This document shows, one piece after another, positions 1 through 12,600 of a stretch of DNA of 64,000 nucleotides. The notes under the pieces are model-generated. The model was not told where the DNA came from, ran no database searches, and saw nothing but the letters and a program-made list of their open reading frames with translations. Position numbers and translations under genes: made by a program. Source of the DNA: Curvularia clavata (taxonomy: Eukaryota); the NCBI GenBank assembly GCA_023920165.1, contig CP089275.1, positions 5,022,001 through 5,086,000 of the forward strand, in the 5' to 3' direction. Position 1 is the first letter of the stretch, and every line of letters begins with the position of its first letter.

Positions 1-2440
1 GGGGCTGGGAGATGCCGGTGGTTGACGATGCGGCAGCAGCGGCAGCAGCAAGTGCTGCAGCGTGGTTGGGGTTCATGCTTGCCTCATCGCCGTTGTACGT
101 GTGCTGGTCATAGCCTCTGTTTGGTTGTGAGGGAACACTAACCTGTGACCCCAGATTGTACGAGTGCACAGAGTTTACTGGCAGAGTTGTGTACGATGTA
201 GATTGTAAAGGGAGATTGGGATCAGTGGGCCCGCTCGTGGTTGTTGCATACTGATCCTGGTATGCGCTCTGGTCGTATGTCGATGCAGATGCATTGGGTT
301 CCGAGCGAGCTGGAGCCTGCATCGCAACACGGGCAAGAGACTCGGTCGCGGTTCGCTTGACGATGCTCTCGTTTATGTTACTAAGCGACTGATCGACAAT
401 TCTTGAAACTGCTAGCTTCAATCGATTTCCCGAGCCAAGGAAATGATCGCACTCGCCAAGTACATCTACCCATGAGGCCATATCGTCTTTGAGCTTAGTC
501 ATATCCGAGGGTGTCATCTGATCCTGCTTTGTCGAGGATATATACAGGGTCGTAAAAGCAGCTGCAATATAGACGACAGTATTTATCCAAGGAATATCCA
601 GACTCTTCTTGTTCATCAGCTCTGTGCAAATGTGCAGCATTCTTTGCGCTGCATGCTGACACTTGTCGAGATTCGAGTTGATGATAGCCGCATCGGTTGA
701 TCTGCAGATTCCGGGATGATGCAAGAGCAGCACAAAGGAGTGGTACCAGCATTCCAGGTACAGGGTAAATATTGTGTCGTGGTTGGAAGCATGTGATATG
801 TCGCGCAGCTCATAGGGCAACTCTTCTTTCCACTGCCGAATTCCTGCAGCAAGGCGTTTCAGGTTTTCCTCGTATGATTTTGTCGAGTGCCGAACAGCGT
901 AGATGGTTTTGTACAGCTCAACTTCCCAAATAGTATACTTGGCAATCTGAATGGCTGGTTGGAACGAGCATTGATGGAACGTGTCCAATTTTGCCTCTTC
1001 GCCAGGCAAACAGTCGTTCATGGGCTCAGGAAACTCGACATCAATGTCTTCATTGCTGATTGGCATGGGACGTCCCAGCCTCCCATTGAGATTAACTTGC
1101 AGGGCATTCAGTGTCCAAAAAACCCGCTTCCTCATCTCAATGTCGAGCTTGCTCAGTTTGCCAGTGTCATCTTCCCAGACCTTGACGGAGCGATGCAGGC
1201 CGAGTTGAATGGCAAAGAGATAGACAATTGACGTCATGATCCAGGCAGCGCCGGGCCTGGGGAAGTTTCGTAGATGATGGCAGATCATTGTCAGGGCACG
1301 GACGTCCTCCCAGCCATGGTCACCGAGAACGAGCTGTTTGAAGAAGGTCAAAGAGTAGTGGTAGTGGGCATGTGAATCACTGAGCATGGCGCTGCCGCCT
1401 TGGTCGCTGTTGCGGATGGCTATTTGGTAGGTAATGGTAGCAAGCATCATGTGGACTGTTACCGTCTCAGACGCCGATGGAGTGAAGTTGGGCTCGTTTC
1501 CGATTCTCCAAATCTACGTATTGTCAGCGGGTGGCCGAGGGACAAAGTATGGGTCAGACGGTACCAATTGCATAAAGGCAGGCTTGTGGACCAGCGCGGT
1601 GTATGGATTCATGGAGCGCAGATACCAGATGGCGTACTCTTTGAGCTCGTTGTAGGGCGGTAGCTGAGGCGTTTCAACCGGCTGGCCGCCCATGGCGATC
1701 TTGATGAGGGTGGAGTAGGACATGGCTTCCTTCTCGTACTCGGACTCGCAGGGCATGAAGTCGGTGATGTCGATCTCGGTGCCGAAGATGGAGAGCGAGG
1801 TGCCCTTGATATGGCTCAGCGGCAAGTCGCCAGGCGCAACACCCAGGTAGTTGTCGCCAATGGAGCCATGCTTGAACTGGGGCAGCGATTCTGGCTTGGC
1901 CGAGGGGGCGGCGGGCGCGTAGCCTGGCAGCGGGGAAGGGCTCGTCCGACGAGAGGCATCAGGCCACGAGGCCGTGTCGTTGGAGGCAGAGGACCACGGG
2001 TGCGAGGGTGTTTGCATATTGTTGGCAAAGGCAGGCGGTGGGCGGGGCTCGATGCCGTGCTCCTTCAACTGGGCCTGCAGGTCTGCAATGTGGGCGCGCA
2101 AGTACGAGTTCTCCGACTCCATGGCCTCGGCATGGCCACGAACCGTGGCGCGTCCAGTGATGCGGTCGGTGGTGCGACAGGGCGTCCTGTTCTGCTCGCA
2201 GGGCGTGCAGCCCTCGGGGCGGCCATCGCAGCGAATCTTGCGGACCTTGCAGCGGTCGCAGGCCTGGCCAGTCCGCTTGGAGTCTGCGAGCTTCTTCTTG
2301 ACGGAGCCGGAGAAGTCGCTGGCGGCATTGGACGTGGCCGTCGAGTTGCGGTGCTGTGGGCTCAGCGGGGTAGCATGCTCGACGCGCTGGATCTTGCTGA
2401 CGAGGTTGGGGTCGTCGTCGGCTGGCCGCTTGGTCGCCAT
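1..2440 (-). CDS. Zn(II)2Cys6 fungal transcription factor with middle-homology region; 3' end runs off the window
   Basis: ORF 1514-2440 contains ACDRCKVRKIRCDGRPEGCTPCEQNRTPC (C6 zinc cluster) followed by a coiled coil. An intron at ~1564-1514 (GTACCG...GCTGAC...TAG) joins it to a frame reading ...GAAWIMTSIVYLFAIQLGLHRS..., typical of the Fungal_trans domain. Confidence 0.9.
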
Positions 2441-3289
2441 GGTTGGACGTGAAGTCGACGGAGAAAGCCGGTGGGAACGACCGATGGCAGTTGGCCAGGA
2501 AGAGCCTGGTGTGGCTTGGGGCGATCACCTGTCAGACAGAGAGTGCAGATACATAGCCGCGCGTGGGCTCGAAGTCGCAGCGCTCGTCGGGCGGCGTGAG
2601 GCAGGGGGCGGAGGGGGGCGATGGGGGCGAGGGGCGAGAGGCAGCGAGCGAGACTGCGTGAGTGCAGCGCTTTATTTGGGCAGCGCAGGAAGAGAGGTGA
2701 GGGTGCGCTGCAGTGGGAAAGTGAATGGCCGCCGCGATGCCCTTGGTACAGTAGCCTCGGCGACTCTCCTTCATTGCAGAGGCACGGCCGCCGCGCGCCC
2801 ATGACGGGCTATTGGCCGCTGGCCTGGACGGCTCGGGCGCGGTGCCCTGACATGTTCGGCGAATTTAGCTTGCAGCGCCAGCGATCTCCAGCGCGCCCCG
2901 CCCTGATTCGCTGCCACGCGCGACCCATGGCGCGCCTCTCCCAGCCTTGGCGCCTCCGCCCTCCCAAACCAGCCAGCCCGCCCATGACTCCTTACCCTAG
3001 GCCATTGCTTGACTGCTGCGCATCACCACCATAACTCTGCCTCTCGCAGCCCTATAGCGTCCTCGTCTTGGCTGCCCCTCCTCCCTCCCTTGCTCCCTCG
3101 CTCCCTCTCTCCGCCACTTTCTTTTCCTCCCTCGAACCACGCACCCTCCCCTCCCCCTCCTTCCGGCCCGTTCGGCTGCCCTCGGCGGGGACCACGCTGC
3201 CCTTTGCAAACCTTCAGCTGTGCCGCCAACGTCGTAGCCCACACCGGCCTGGTGCCCTGCTGCACATCAAATCTCGTTCTGCGCATACC

Positions 3290-4450
3290 ATGGCGTCGGT
3301 GCGCACCTTCGAGCTACCGCACTACTACGTTTACCCCGTCCACGTGGCCCTCTTCAGGGATGTCGCCAACGCCTCACATCTCAGGCGCCAGCTGCTAGAT
3401 GCAAATCCGAATTTCGACTATGCCTTTTTGGACGCCTCCATGGTACGAGCCCTGTCTCCTTATCCCCGATTTGCTTTTTCCCGCCCGAAACATGGTCCCC
3501 TCCCGCACGCCCGCTACAGTCAGCTACCTCGATTGAGACCAAATCTCTCTCGAGAACGCTAATCCAGCCCAATGGATATCTGGCCTTTCGTCGCCCTCAT
3601 CTTATCCCCCCCGCCTGTCCCCCTTCTCGCCTCATGTGGCTGAGTGACATGCCCGACGCGCTAGCCTGACCCGCAATGAATGGTTCAAGCTCCGACTCCC
3701 CTGCGGCGCAACCACAGGCGCCGGGATCACAGAACGGTGTCGTCTGCCAGCATCTACCCAGATATGCTTCAACGTCACTCCGCCTAGTGGCTACGAAACG
3801 GGCCACAGCAGTCCGCACCAACCGCCGCTGCCACTTTGTTCTAGTGTCAAGACACAAGCAACGCCTCTGCCTGCCTCGTCGACTCAAGCTGCCTGTTCTA
3901 GCCCCCTCAAAACATAGCCACACGACCTACTGACTTGTCGCTAAAATAGATCATTTCACCCCAGCATCTCCTCTCCGCCGCCTTTATGGCTATACACAAC
4001 TTTGTGACGTCGCGTGCAAAGACGCGAACTCCCCACTCGGAGCTCGTCTTTCGCCTCTCCCCTAACAATAACATTGGTGAATCCTACAAAAGGTTTGGCA
4101 TTTCAGACGACTCCACGTCCATCATTGCCGTTAAGCTCCCGCTCTCTGCATCCGGCCCCGACGGCACCTACGCCCGGGATGAGTCAATCACCAATCACAC
4201 TGTGAGTGCTCATCTGGGCACGGTTGTCCAAGGGACCAGTGTCGAGATTGGCGATGATGGTCAAGAGCTCGGCATAGCATGCCAACTCGACAAGGTCCGC
4301 AAGGTCTATAAGCTCAGTAGTGCTGATGGTGGCGCAAAACCCACCAACGGTCTCAACGGTCATGAGGGTAATCACGGAAATGACATCCAAGCCCAAAAGA
4401 AGCACGTCGAGAGCCTGGTCCTAGGAATCATGGCCCTAAAGGGATCGTGA
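3290..4450 (+). CDS. CGI121: KEOPS/EKC complex subunit Cgi121 (TPRKB family); exons 3290-3442 and 3950-4450
   Basis: Exon 1 reads MASVRTFELPHY...LFRDVANASHLRRQLL...FDYAFLDASM, then GTACGA. The intron ends TACTGAC...TAG at 3949. Exon 2 reads IISPQHLLSAAF...KTRTPHSELVFRLSPNNNIGESYKRFGISD, a Cgi121 signature. Confidence 0.9.
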
Positions 4451-4721
4451 CCCGTCAATCGCTCAAACGGTTCCGCGGGTCACACGGGGGTACTGCCGGC
4501 TTCCAATGCACTGCTTACTGCCCCTCCGCCCTTGCATCATTGCTTGTCATTGTTTCTGTTGTTAGCATACACGGTAATAACAATTGACACCAACAAAAAA
4601 AACGTGTTAAATCAGTGCACACGTCAGACTTTAAAAAGTACTTCTCTTGTTTGCTCCCCCTCTATGCTACAGATTTCTCCATGATATAGATACACCCTAC
4701 ACCAAGAAAATTCAACTCAGC

Positions 4722-5592
4722 TTACAGCTCGCGGTACTCGGGCTTGAGGAAGTCGGCCATGTTCTTGGGCCTTGGGTATGGGTTCTCGTGGTGGTCGTGG
4801 TGGTCATGGTGGCCGTGGGCATCCTCGGCGGGGCCCACATAGTGCATCTCATACACGGAACCACACTCCATGCAGCGGGACTTGGGCTCCTCGCGAGTGA
4901 GAGTAATCCAGAGGACATTGTGGGAGTCGGCAGGGTAACCGGTGCAACCAACGTACTGCTCGTCACCAGCCGAGTTGACAGTGATGGGATCCTCCATCGT
5001 GCCTGCATTGTGTCAGCTTAATCGCCCCTCTCATCTAATTCCTCTTTTGCGCCTGGTACCGCGCGGTACCAGGCTCCATTCATCACGTACCGAGACGGCT
5101 GGCATCCAATGGCCTCATGTCGAAGATGTCGATACCCTGCATCTTTCCGAGAATTTCGAGACGCTCGAGACCGGTGGATTGTTCGGCATCCGTGGGAACA
5201 GTACCAGGCTTAGCACCGGGAGGGAGAAGGTCGGCTTCGGTCTTGATTTCTACACGCCAATTGCTTTCGTCAGCCATTGACGCTCTCATGATGCCATAAC
5301 CCCCATGATGCCATGATCATCCTGACGGACGGTGCGGCAACCGAGGTGCGGGCGCAACATACCCTCGAGCTTCTTGAAGCCCTCAAGAACACTGGGAGAG
5401 TTGGCCGAGTGACCAGTCTCCTTCTGCGCAATCTTGCTCTCGTCGCCTGCAATGCTGTCAATGGGACGCTACATCGTACGATAGCTGCGGGCCAAACCTA
5501 CGGCGAACAAACGACGTGCTGAAGGTGCGCTGGGCGAGCGCGCGGGGGGCCACCCGCCTGGCCGCAGTAATGGCAGAGCGCTGGAGAAACAT
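4722..5592 (-). CDS. COX4: Cytochrome c oxidase subunit IV (COX5B family), 4 exons
   Basis: Mitochondrial presequence MFLQRSAITAARRVAPRALAQRTFSTSFVR. Exons encode PGAKPGTVPTDAEQSTGLERLEILGK and VGCTGYPADSH...RCMECGSVY (zinc ligands). Confidence 0.95.
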
Positions 5593-5980
5593 GGCGAGAG
5601 CGATTGGGGTGGAGTGGAGAGGGTGGGCGTGGCTATAGAGCTTGCGAGTTCGTGGTCGTGGAATTGAGTTCCGTCACGAGAGAAGCTTGGCTTTGCGCTC
5701 GGCTTAGGTAAGCGTCAGCCACAGCAAAGCCACAGTGGATTGGAACTCTCTCCGTCTGTCCTTTACAAGTCATTGAATCATCAACCGCCCATTCCTGTAC
5801 AAGGTCTTATTGTAATCGTTTACTGCACTTCTACAGTGCTTTTTTGATCTTGGACGCTAACAAAAATCTTCTGACATGACATCTCGCTGTGTGCTACTGT
5901 CGCATCTCTCTCGTCTTACGTTTTCCTAATCTATCCTTGTGCTCTCACATACATCTAGGTCCTTCTTCAACCCACCAACA

Positions 5981-6770
5981 ATGTCTTTTACGCCCGCGCT
6001 AGTCATCGTCGACGTGCAGGAGGACTTCTGCCCACCAGTAAGTCGCTCACTTCGCTTTCTGACCGCTACTCACCAACCAGAGTGGTGCACTGGCAGTAGC
6101 AGGCGGCCGCGATATCGTACCGGCGATCAACGAGTTCCTCGATTACCCCTTCGCCCTGAAAGTGGCTACCAAAGACTCCCATCCTCAAGACCATATTTCC
6201 TTTGCATCGAATCACCCGTCGCCGAACAATAAACCTTTTGAGTCTGTAATTTCCATCGCAAACCCGCACAACCCAGAAGAGAAGCAGGAGACACGGTTAT
6301 GGCCCGATCACTGCATCCAGGGCACCAAGGGCGCAGAGCTGCTACCAGAACTACACACCACCAAAGTGGATCACATCGTGGAGAAAGGCCAGGACAAGCG
6401 CGTCGAGATGTACTCGGCATTCGCAGACCCCTTCAAGAGTCCGTGTGTGGCTAAGAGCGGTTTGGCAGAGACATTGCGCAAGGCCGGCATCACAGATGTC
6501 TACGTTGTTGGCTTAGCGGCTGATTATTGTGTAAGATACACAGCCATTGATGCTCAAAAGGAAGGCTTCAAGACATGGGTAGTTGGCGAGGCGACAAAGG
6601 CGGTCGATCCCTCCTCCATGGAAGCCGTGCTCAAGGAATACGAGCAGCACGGTGTCAAGGTGATCAGCAAGGATGACGTGCAGATGCTCAAGGTCAAGAA
6701 GCTACCCAGGAAAACTCCGGAACAGAGTGCAAAGGATGCGGACAAAGCTGGTGAGAGCGTACTGGACTAG
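5981..6770 (+). CDS. PNC1: Nicotinamidase/pyrazinamidase (isochorismatase family); intron ~6038-6080
   Basis: Motifs ALVIVDVQEDFCPP|SGALAV, TKDSHPQDHISF, LWPDHCIQGTKGAEL, KG...EMYSAF and VGLAADYCV (catalytic Asp, Lys, Cys). Confidence 0.93.
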
Positions 6771-7522
6771 CGTAGGATATCACAAATATGGCCATCTCAC
6801 CCAGGTATGCACTCTGCATGGCTGTTTGTTTAGGTCCTCTTTTACGATAGAATACGGACAGTCGTATGAATCCCTGCTCTGATATGTACCAATGGACAAT
6901 GTAGAATTACCAACCATCAACAGGGCGGGCAAGGGCGTATCACGCATGTACTTAGTCGGTTCCGCCGGAACAACAATGGGGCAGACGTGACCCAGTCCCC
7001 ACTATCTCGGACCCGAGCGTTCCATGGTCCGCTACAACACGTATACGAGTACGCATCAGGCTTGCTTCTATTCGAGATGTATCCGTGTAGCCTGCTAAAC
7101 GTATTGTATGCAACCTGGCGCGCACGACGCACGGCGGACAAGCCAGCTGCCCCGCAGCCAGGTGGGAGAAACCCAGCTTGGCTGTCGCCATAATGCTGAT
7201 CACATGAGTTCTCCCGAGGCTGCTTATACCTCGTTGCGCAGAACTTTTCCAGTCCTTCATTACCTGCACTTTTGTCCCTTGTTGATTGTTGTGCATGTTT
7301 ACCCTTTGCTGCCAAACAAGCGTAGCGCGGGGTCGCTAGTTTTTGTGAAGCGCCCCTCTCGTCATTGCTTAAGAGCCTGTGGACTAGAGCTCACCTGCGC
7401 CCTAAGCACCAAGACAGCCTCGATCGGGACCTCATTTCCAAGCTCCCAAACCTGCGATCCCCTTGCTCTATCGGCCTCTTTGCTCTCGCCTGTTACTCCT
7501 CTCCCAACAGCCTGCAGCCAGC

Positions 7523-9661
7523 ATGCCACATCTACCTGGCGTTTCCAAACATCGGCGAACTTCCCTCACAAGTGCGTCATACCCCGGCCGCCGGATGTAC
7601 CGAGTCTTCCGAACAATTTTCTGCGTACAACCTGAGGCTGATGATTGTTTCGCTATCTAGGCAGTCGCGGCTCCTCCATAGACGAGACTCGGCGGCATGA
7701 GAGCGGCGAAGATGTCACCAAAGAAGACGAGACCGTCATGGACTCGGAACAAGGCAACAGTACGTCTTTCCAACAGTGCCAAAGGCTGGTTTATGGACTG
7801 GCTAACAGCATGATACCCAGTGCTCTCTCATATCATATCCCAACTGCGACCTGGCGCCGATTTGAGCAGGGTGACTTTACCCACATTTATCCTCGAACCA
7901 CGATCGATGCTGGAGCGTATAACAAAGTGTGTAGCGAATGGAATCTTCGGAGCTAGCGACAAAAGCTGACTATTGTATAGCTTCATGGCACACCCAGAAA
8001 CGCTTCTCCCGATTTCCAAGGTGGAGGACCCTGTACAGCGATTCGTAGCCGTGACAAAGTTCTATTTGAGTGGATGGCACATTAAACCACCGTATGCATA
8101 TCCGCGACTAAAACACGCCCAGACGCAACAACTGATATGATTGCAGTGGAGTCAAGAAGCCGCTCAACCCCATTCTCGGTGAAATATTCACAGGCTACTG
8201 GGACTATGCGGACGGTACCAAAGGATATTACATCTCCGAGCAAACATCACACCACCCACCCAAGTCGAGCTATTTCTTCATGGCGCCCGAACATCACATC
8301 CGTATCGATGGTACTCTCAAGCCTAGGAGCAAATTTTTGGGTAACTCTGCCGCGAGTATGATGGAGGGTATTGCCATTCTACGGCTCTTGAACACCGGCG
8401 AACGATTGTGAGTAGCCAGGATAAGATATACATTCGGGATGCTTACAAGATATAGTTTTGTTACACAGCCCAACATGTATGCGCGCGGCATTCTTTTTGG
8501 AACCATGAAATACGAGCTTGGCGACCACGCCTACATTCGCTGCCCTGAGACCGGATTTAGTGCCGACCTTGAATTCAAGACCAAGGGTTACTTCAGTGGA
8601 ACATACAATGCTATTGGCGGTTACATAAAAGACGCAAACGGCAAGAACTTGTTCGAGCTTTCGGGCCAATGGAACGAGGAAATGTATATTAAAGACTTGA
8701 CTGTAAGGACTTGCTGTTTTTTTGTGATGGAGACTTGCTAACTCTCACAGACTGGCAAAAAAGAACTTTTATTCGATGCCGCGCACACAAAGCACACACC
8801 ACCCAGTGCTCGACCCATGGAGGAGCAAGATGAGCGAGAGTCGCAAAGGCTCTGGCATGAAGTGACGGAGGCTGTGAAGCGAAGGGACCAGGATGTCGCT
8901 ACAGACGCAAAGGCCAAGATCGAAGACAGGCAACGTCAAGAAGCCGCGATACGAAACAGCGAGGGTGTCGACTGGCATCCGCAACTCTTTAGACGTGTTA
9001 GGGGTGGTCATGGTGGAAGTGAAGAAGGCGAAGAAGATCTTGATTGGATTATCAATGCCAAAATGTGCGTATCCAACCCTCTCATATGCAACCTAAACTG
9101 ACCAAGAACAGCGACGGAAAGACTCCCGAAGAGGTTGTCAAGCAAATTTTGCAAATTCACGCCATACTCCCTGGCCAGAAGCCCGACAAGCAATTCAACA
9201 TTCCTTCGCGGACATCCAGTGTTTCTCAACCAACTGCACACGAGACCACTCAGCCCATCCAACAGGTGCCAACTGAGCAATCAACAGTGTCTTCTGAGCA
9301 CGTACACCCCGTAGAATCTCAGCCAACAAGTGTTGAGTCGGCGCCCGCAGTCACAGCACAGCAACAACAGCAGAGCGTAGGTCCTCCCAGTAACTTCGAC
9401 GGAACAACGGCTCATGCTCCGCTCCCCATACACAGCAGTAATCCCACCAACCCAAGCGATCCACAGCAACCACTCCTCGAAAAACCAGCTTCTCAACCGG
9501 AGACCGTATCTACAGAACACCAGCCAAAGTTTACCGATGAACTTCCCCCAAGCAAGCTGCTCCATTCGAACCCTGCAAAAGTCGCCTCGAGAGAAGATCT
9601 CCTGCGGAGAGTAGACAGCGAAACACAGGAGTCTGAGGAATTTCATGATGCTCAATCGTGA
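7523..9661 (+). CDS. Oxysterol-binding protein family member (Osh6/Osh7-like), multi-exon
   Basis: Exons encode [10 protein letters not shown], the OSBP signature SEQTSHHPP, and [21 protein letters not shown]...LSGQWNEEM, plus [12 protein letters not shown]...[10 protein letters not shown]. The start exon ([12 protein letters not shown]) is less certain. Confidence 0.9.
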
Positions 9662-12600
9662 GTTTTTTCCTTTTCTCCCAAAGATTTTTTTTTGGGGGTT
9701 CGTTGCCTTGAGCGCGTGTGTTATTTTTTGGCTGTCTATTTTTTGTTCTTTTTCTGAGCCGCACTGTTTTCTAATCTCCTTTCGTTTAATGATTTCTACG
9801 AAAGGCTCATTAGGTTATAGAACTGTCCAAGATATAGTGCCAGTAGTAGTACGGTCTAGGCAGAAGAGGCGATACTGCGGTCGAGGATGCTTTTCAACCT
9901 GCGTTCCTTCATAGAGTTGTGAGAAATGGACTATGTTGCTGTTGTTTGTTGTGTCTTGGGGGTCTTGTGTAGTGAGGCTTGATTGTGAGGTGGTGAGATG
10001 AGAGGTCGTTTCTGTGAGATGAAGGCTTTCGCGAGGAGGGGATGATGAAGTGACTGGGTGCTGCTGATGTGGTTTTTGTGATGGGGATTTGGTCTTGGGG
10101 AAGGGGATTTTGGGTATTGAAGTATGTCCTTTTGAAGTAATGTTAGTGACTCTTTTTAATAACATCTGCTGCTTTATCTTGACTCACTTTTTTTGAATTC
10201 GTCTCTATACTTGTACACATGTGACTATACGATTTAACACTTTCTTGCTACGACAGCAAAGAAGCAGGATTGTAATGTTGATACTTCTCAGCGTACAGTC
10301 TGGGCGGAGTTCCGAATAGTACGATGTGCTACCGAGGCTATGGTATTGCTCTTTCTATATACGGAGAAGAGGGGTATTTATCCCTCTCCCTCTCTCTACG
10401 TATGTGCGTTGAAGAGACAAGAAACCCAGAGCCAGGTAACTCATTCGTGTTTGTTGCCAGGCGCTTGGTAAGTCTGGGCAGTCGGACGCTACTCTATCGA
10501 GTAGTTGATGAAGTAGGATATGATATAGTATCTTATTCAATGTGTTCATGAGGTAGAAGATGGGGAGAACGAGGGGTGCAAAAGGCGAGATGTGTATCCG
10601 GGGACGTACAACGTTATGTGTCAGGCTCCTTTTTTGCGGGTTTTGCTAACAATATGTTGGCTTGGTGCAAACACGGCAGCGGCTTGGACTCAAAGTATAT
10701 GTATCTTTGCTCTCGTGTATTTTGCATTCTTAGAAATAGATCAGAATGCTTATATCATGGTTCTTAAATGACGATGTAGTTGCGGAGGCACGTAGCTTTG
10801 CCTTAAATATTTGCTTGCATCTCGTGAACAAACAGGTATACGACTTGAGGTGGAAATCGAAGGCCTGAAGGATGGGAGGATAATGTAGCGGTACAGCAGA
10901 AAGTGCTAATCCTTTTGGATTGACGACTGATTGTAGGAGTTTTTCGGCACGAGTGATATACGTAGACAATATCTAGACACATCAGTAGGCTTCTTTTAGT
11001 TGCAGACCTGCGCATCCTGTTGACTGATAGCTGAGTTGAAAAAACAGGAAGGCACTGCGTGCGGCTCTTTAGACAGAGCTTTCGCCTTCAAATTAGAATC
11101 GACAAGACCGAAAGTGATGCAGATAGACAGAATATCTAACATAGCCAGTCGCGACCGGTCTGACTGCTGTTATCTGTTCTTTAAATGGTATTCTACCTGT
11201 TCACGAGATTTCAAATTTAAGGTATTGTTATGGGGTATACCTTTCCAGGGAACTGTAAGTAGCCAAAGATTATTGTATTGCTTGAGGAGTAATGTAGCTC
11301 CAGACTATCTGCTTAATAGTCTCGGTGTACTGTCTACCATTCTGTTAGCTAAAGAAAGGTTAAACCAAGTCTGACCCTTTACAAATATATTTGAGTTGAC
11401 TCCAGAGTTCGGAACTTACTCATCGCATTTCTGAGAGATGTCCTTGCTGATTGATGCTGCTCCTTTTAGGTAGAATTCTACATCCGTGCTATCCGAGATA
11501 TTACGGAAATAGTTGTTACGGTAGCACGTCCTTGACTATGTAAATCGAATGCGGTGACCTGTCAATACACACAGACATTCAGGTTGTAGGATAATGTGGC
11601 ACGATAATATTTGGCATCATCTCCTAGAAACAACTAGTGCGATTCCCGTACAGAATCTGACTGTATCAATACATTATCTTGTACTTCAAATCTCACTCTG
11701 ACTGGAGTGGCCAATTATTTCTCTCTAGGTAATCCTTTGCAGAAGATGGTAAGTGGTTCTCAAGAAATGGTGCATGAATTCGAAAAGACAGGGTTACTAG
11801 TAGTCTTCACCCGTTTGCTCTTGTACTCCATTTATCCATCAATCCTTTCGTTTACAAATCATTCTAATTGCGGAATGATTGAAAGTATGCCAAGAATTGA
11901 AATCCTCTTCTCGCATATTCAATCGATTCACTGTTATCACACCCACAGTTTGTAACACTCACATCATTTATTAAACTTGTCGCCAATTTCTATGTTCGGC
12001 TGTGTAGCCGCATTCATTATTTCCCAATGCGGTGTCGTGCGAGGGGACCGGCTGCACCAGGCCAACCCCAAACTTTGCCCGGACATGTTCGGAACCGGCA
12101 ACCTCAACACCGTATTCATAATACGGCGTCTCCGTATTCCAACTCATCATGTCTTCCGCGGAGCGTTTGCATCCGGTTCGCAGCGCATAATCAACCCAAG
12201 AGATATGCAGCTACGCAGAATGGGTATCAGCCTCACATCTGAAACGCGCCATGGTTATGCCGGCCTCAGGTTTCATGATGACGTGCAGCCTTGGTTAAAT
12301 GTTGGGCGACAACTTCTTGTTTCCAATATCTCGTATCACTCGTCACTACGATTACAGTTACTACATAATTCTTACTTCATCTTTTCCGCAATATTGCTCA
12401 TGCGATAAGAGTTGGGCTTGCAGTTCTTCAAGGGGTCACGACCAACCATTTGTCACTGCTTCAAATCAGGCGAAGGACGGATAACAGAGACGCCGGTAAC
12501 ATTGGCATACGGCCTTTGGTGACAGGAGATACTGTCGTGGAGTACAGCAGGAGGAATACCTGTCAGGGCAATCGTCCCTTTTCAAAAGGGGTAATTCAGC

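Noticed and set aside
1811..2804. Long overlapping ORFs opposite or upstream of the C6 transcription factor (similarly 48429-49235 and 25006-25644)
   Set aside because: GC-rich antisense or low-complexity frames without protein-like features.
3630..3810. Hammerhead ribozyme or defined snoRNA in the CGI121 intron
   Set aside because: CGAAAC is present but there is no proper CUGANGA core, and no convincing C/D or H/ACA layout by eye.
10700..11600. Minus-strand pseudogene-like remnant (GTAAGT...GCTAAC...TAG signals, broken frames)
   Set aside because: No recognisable protein similarity, so it cannot be called without BLASTX.
11971..12402. Possible small spliced minus-strand gene or 143-aa plus-strand ORF
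   Set aside because: Short, no motif, and no consistent exon chain could be built.
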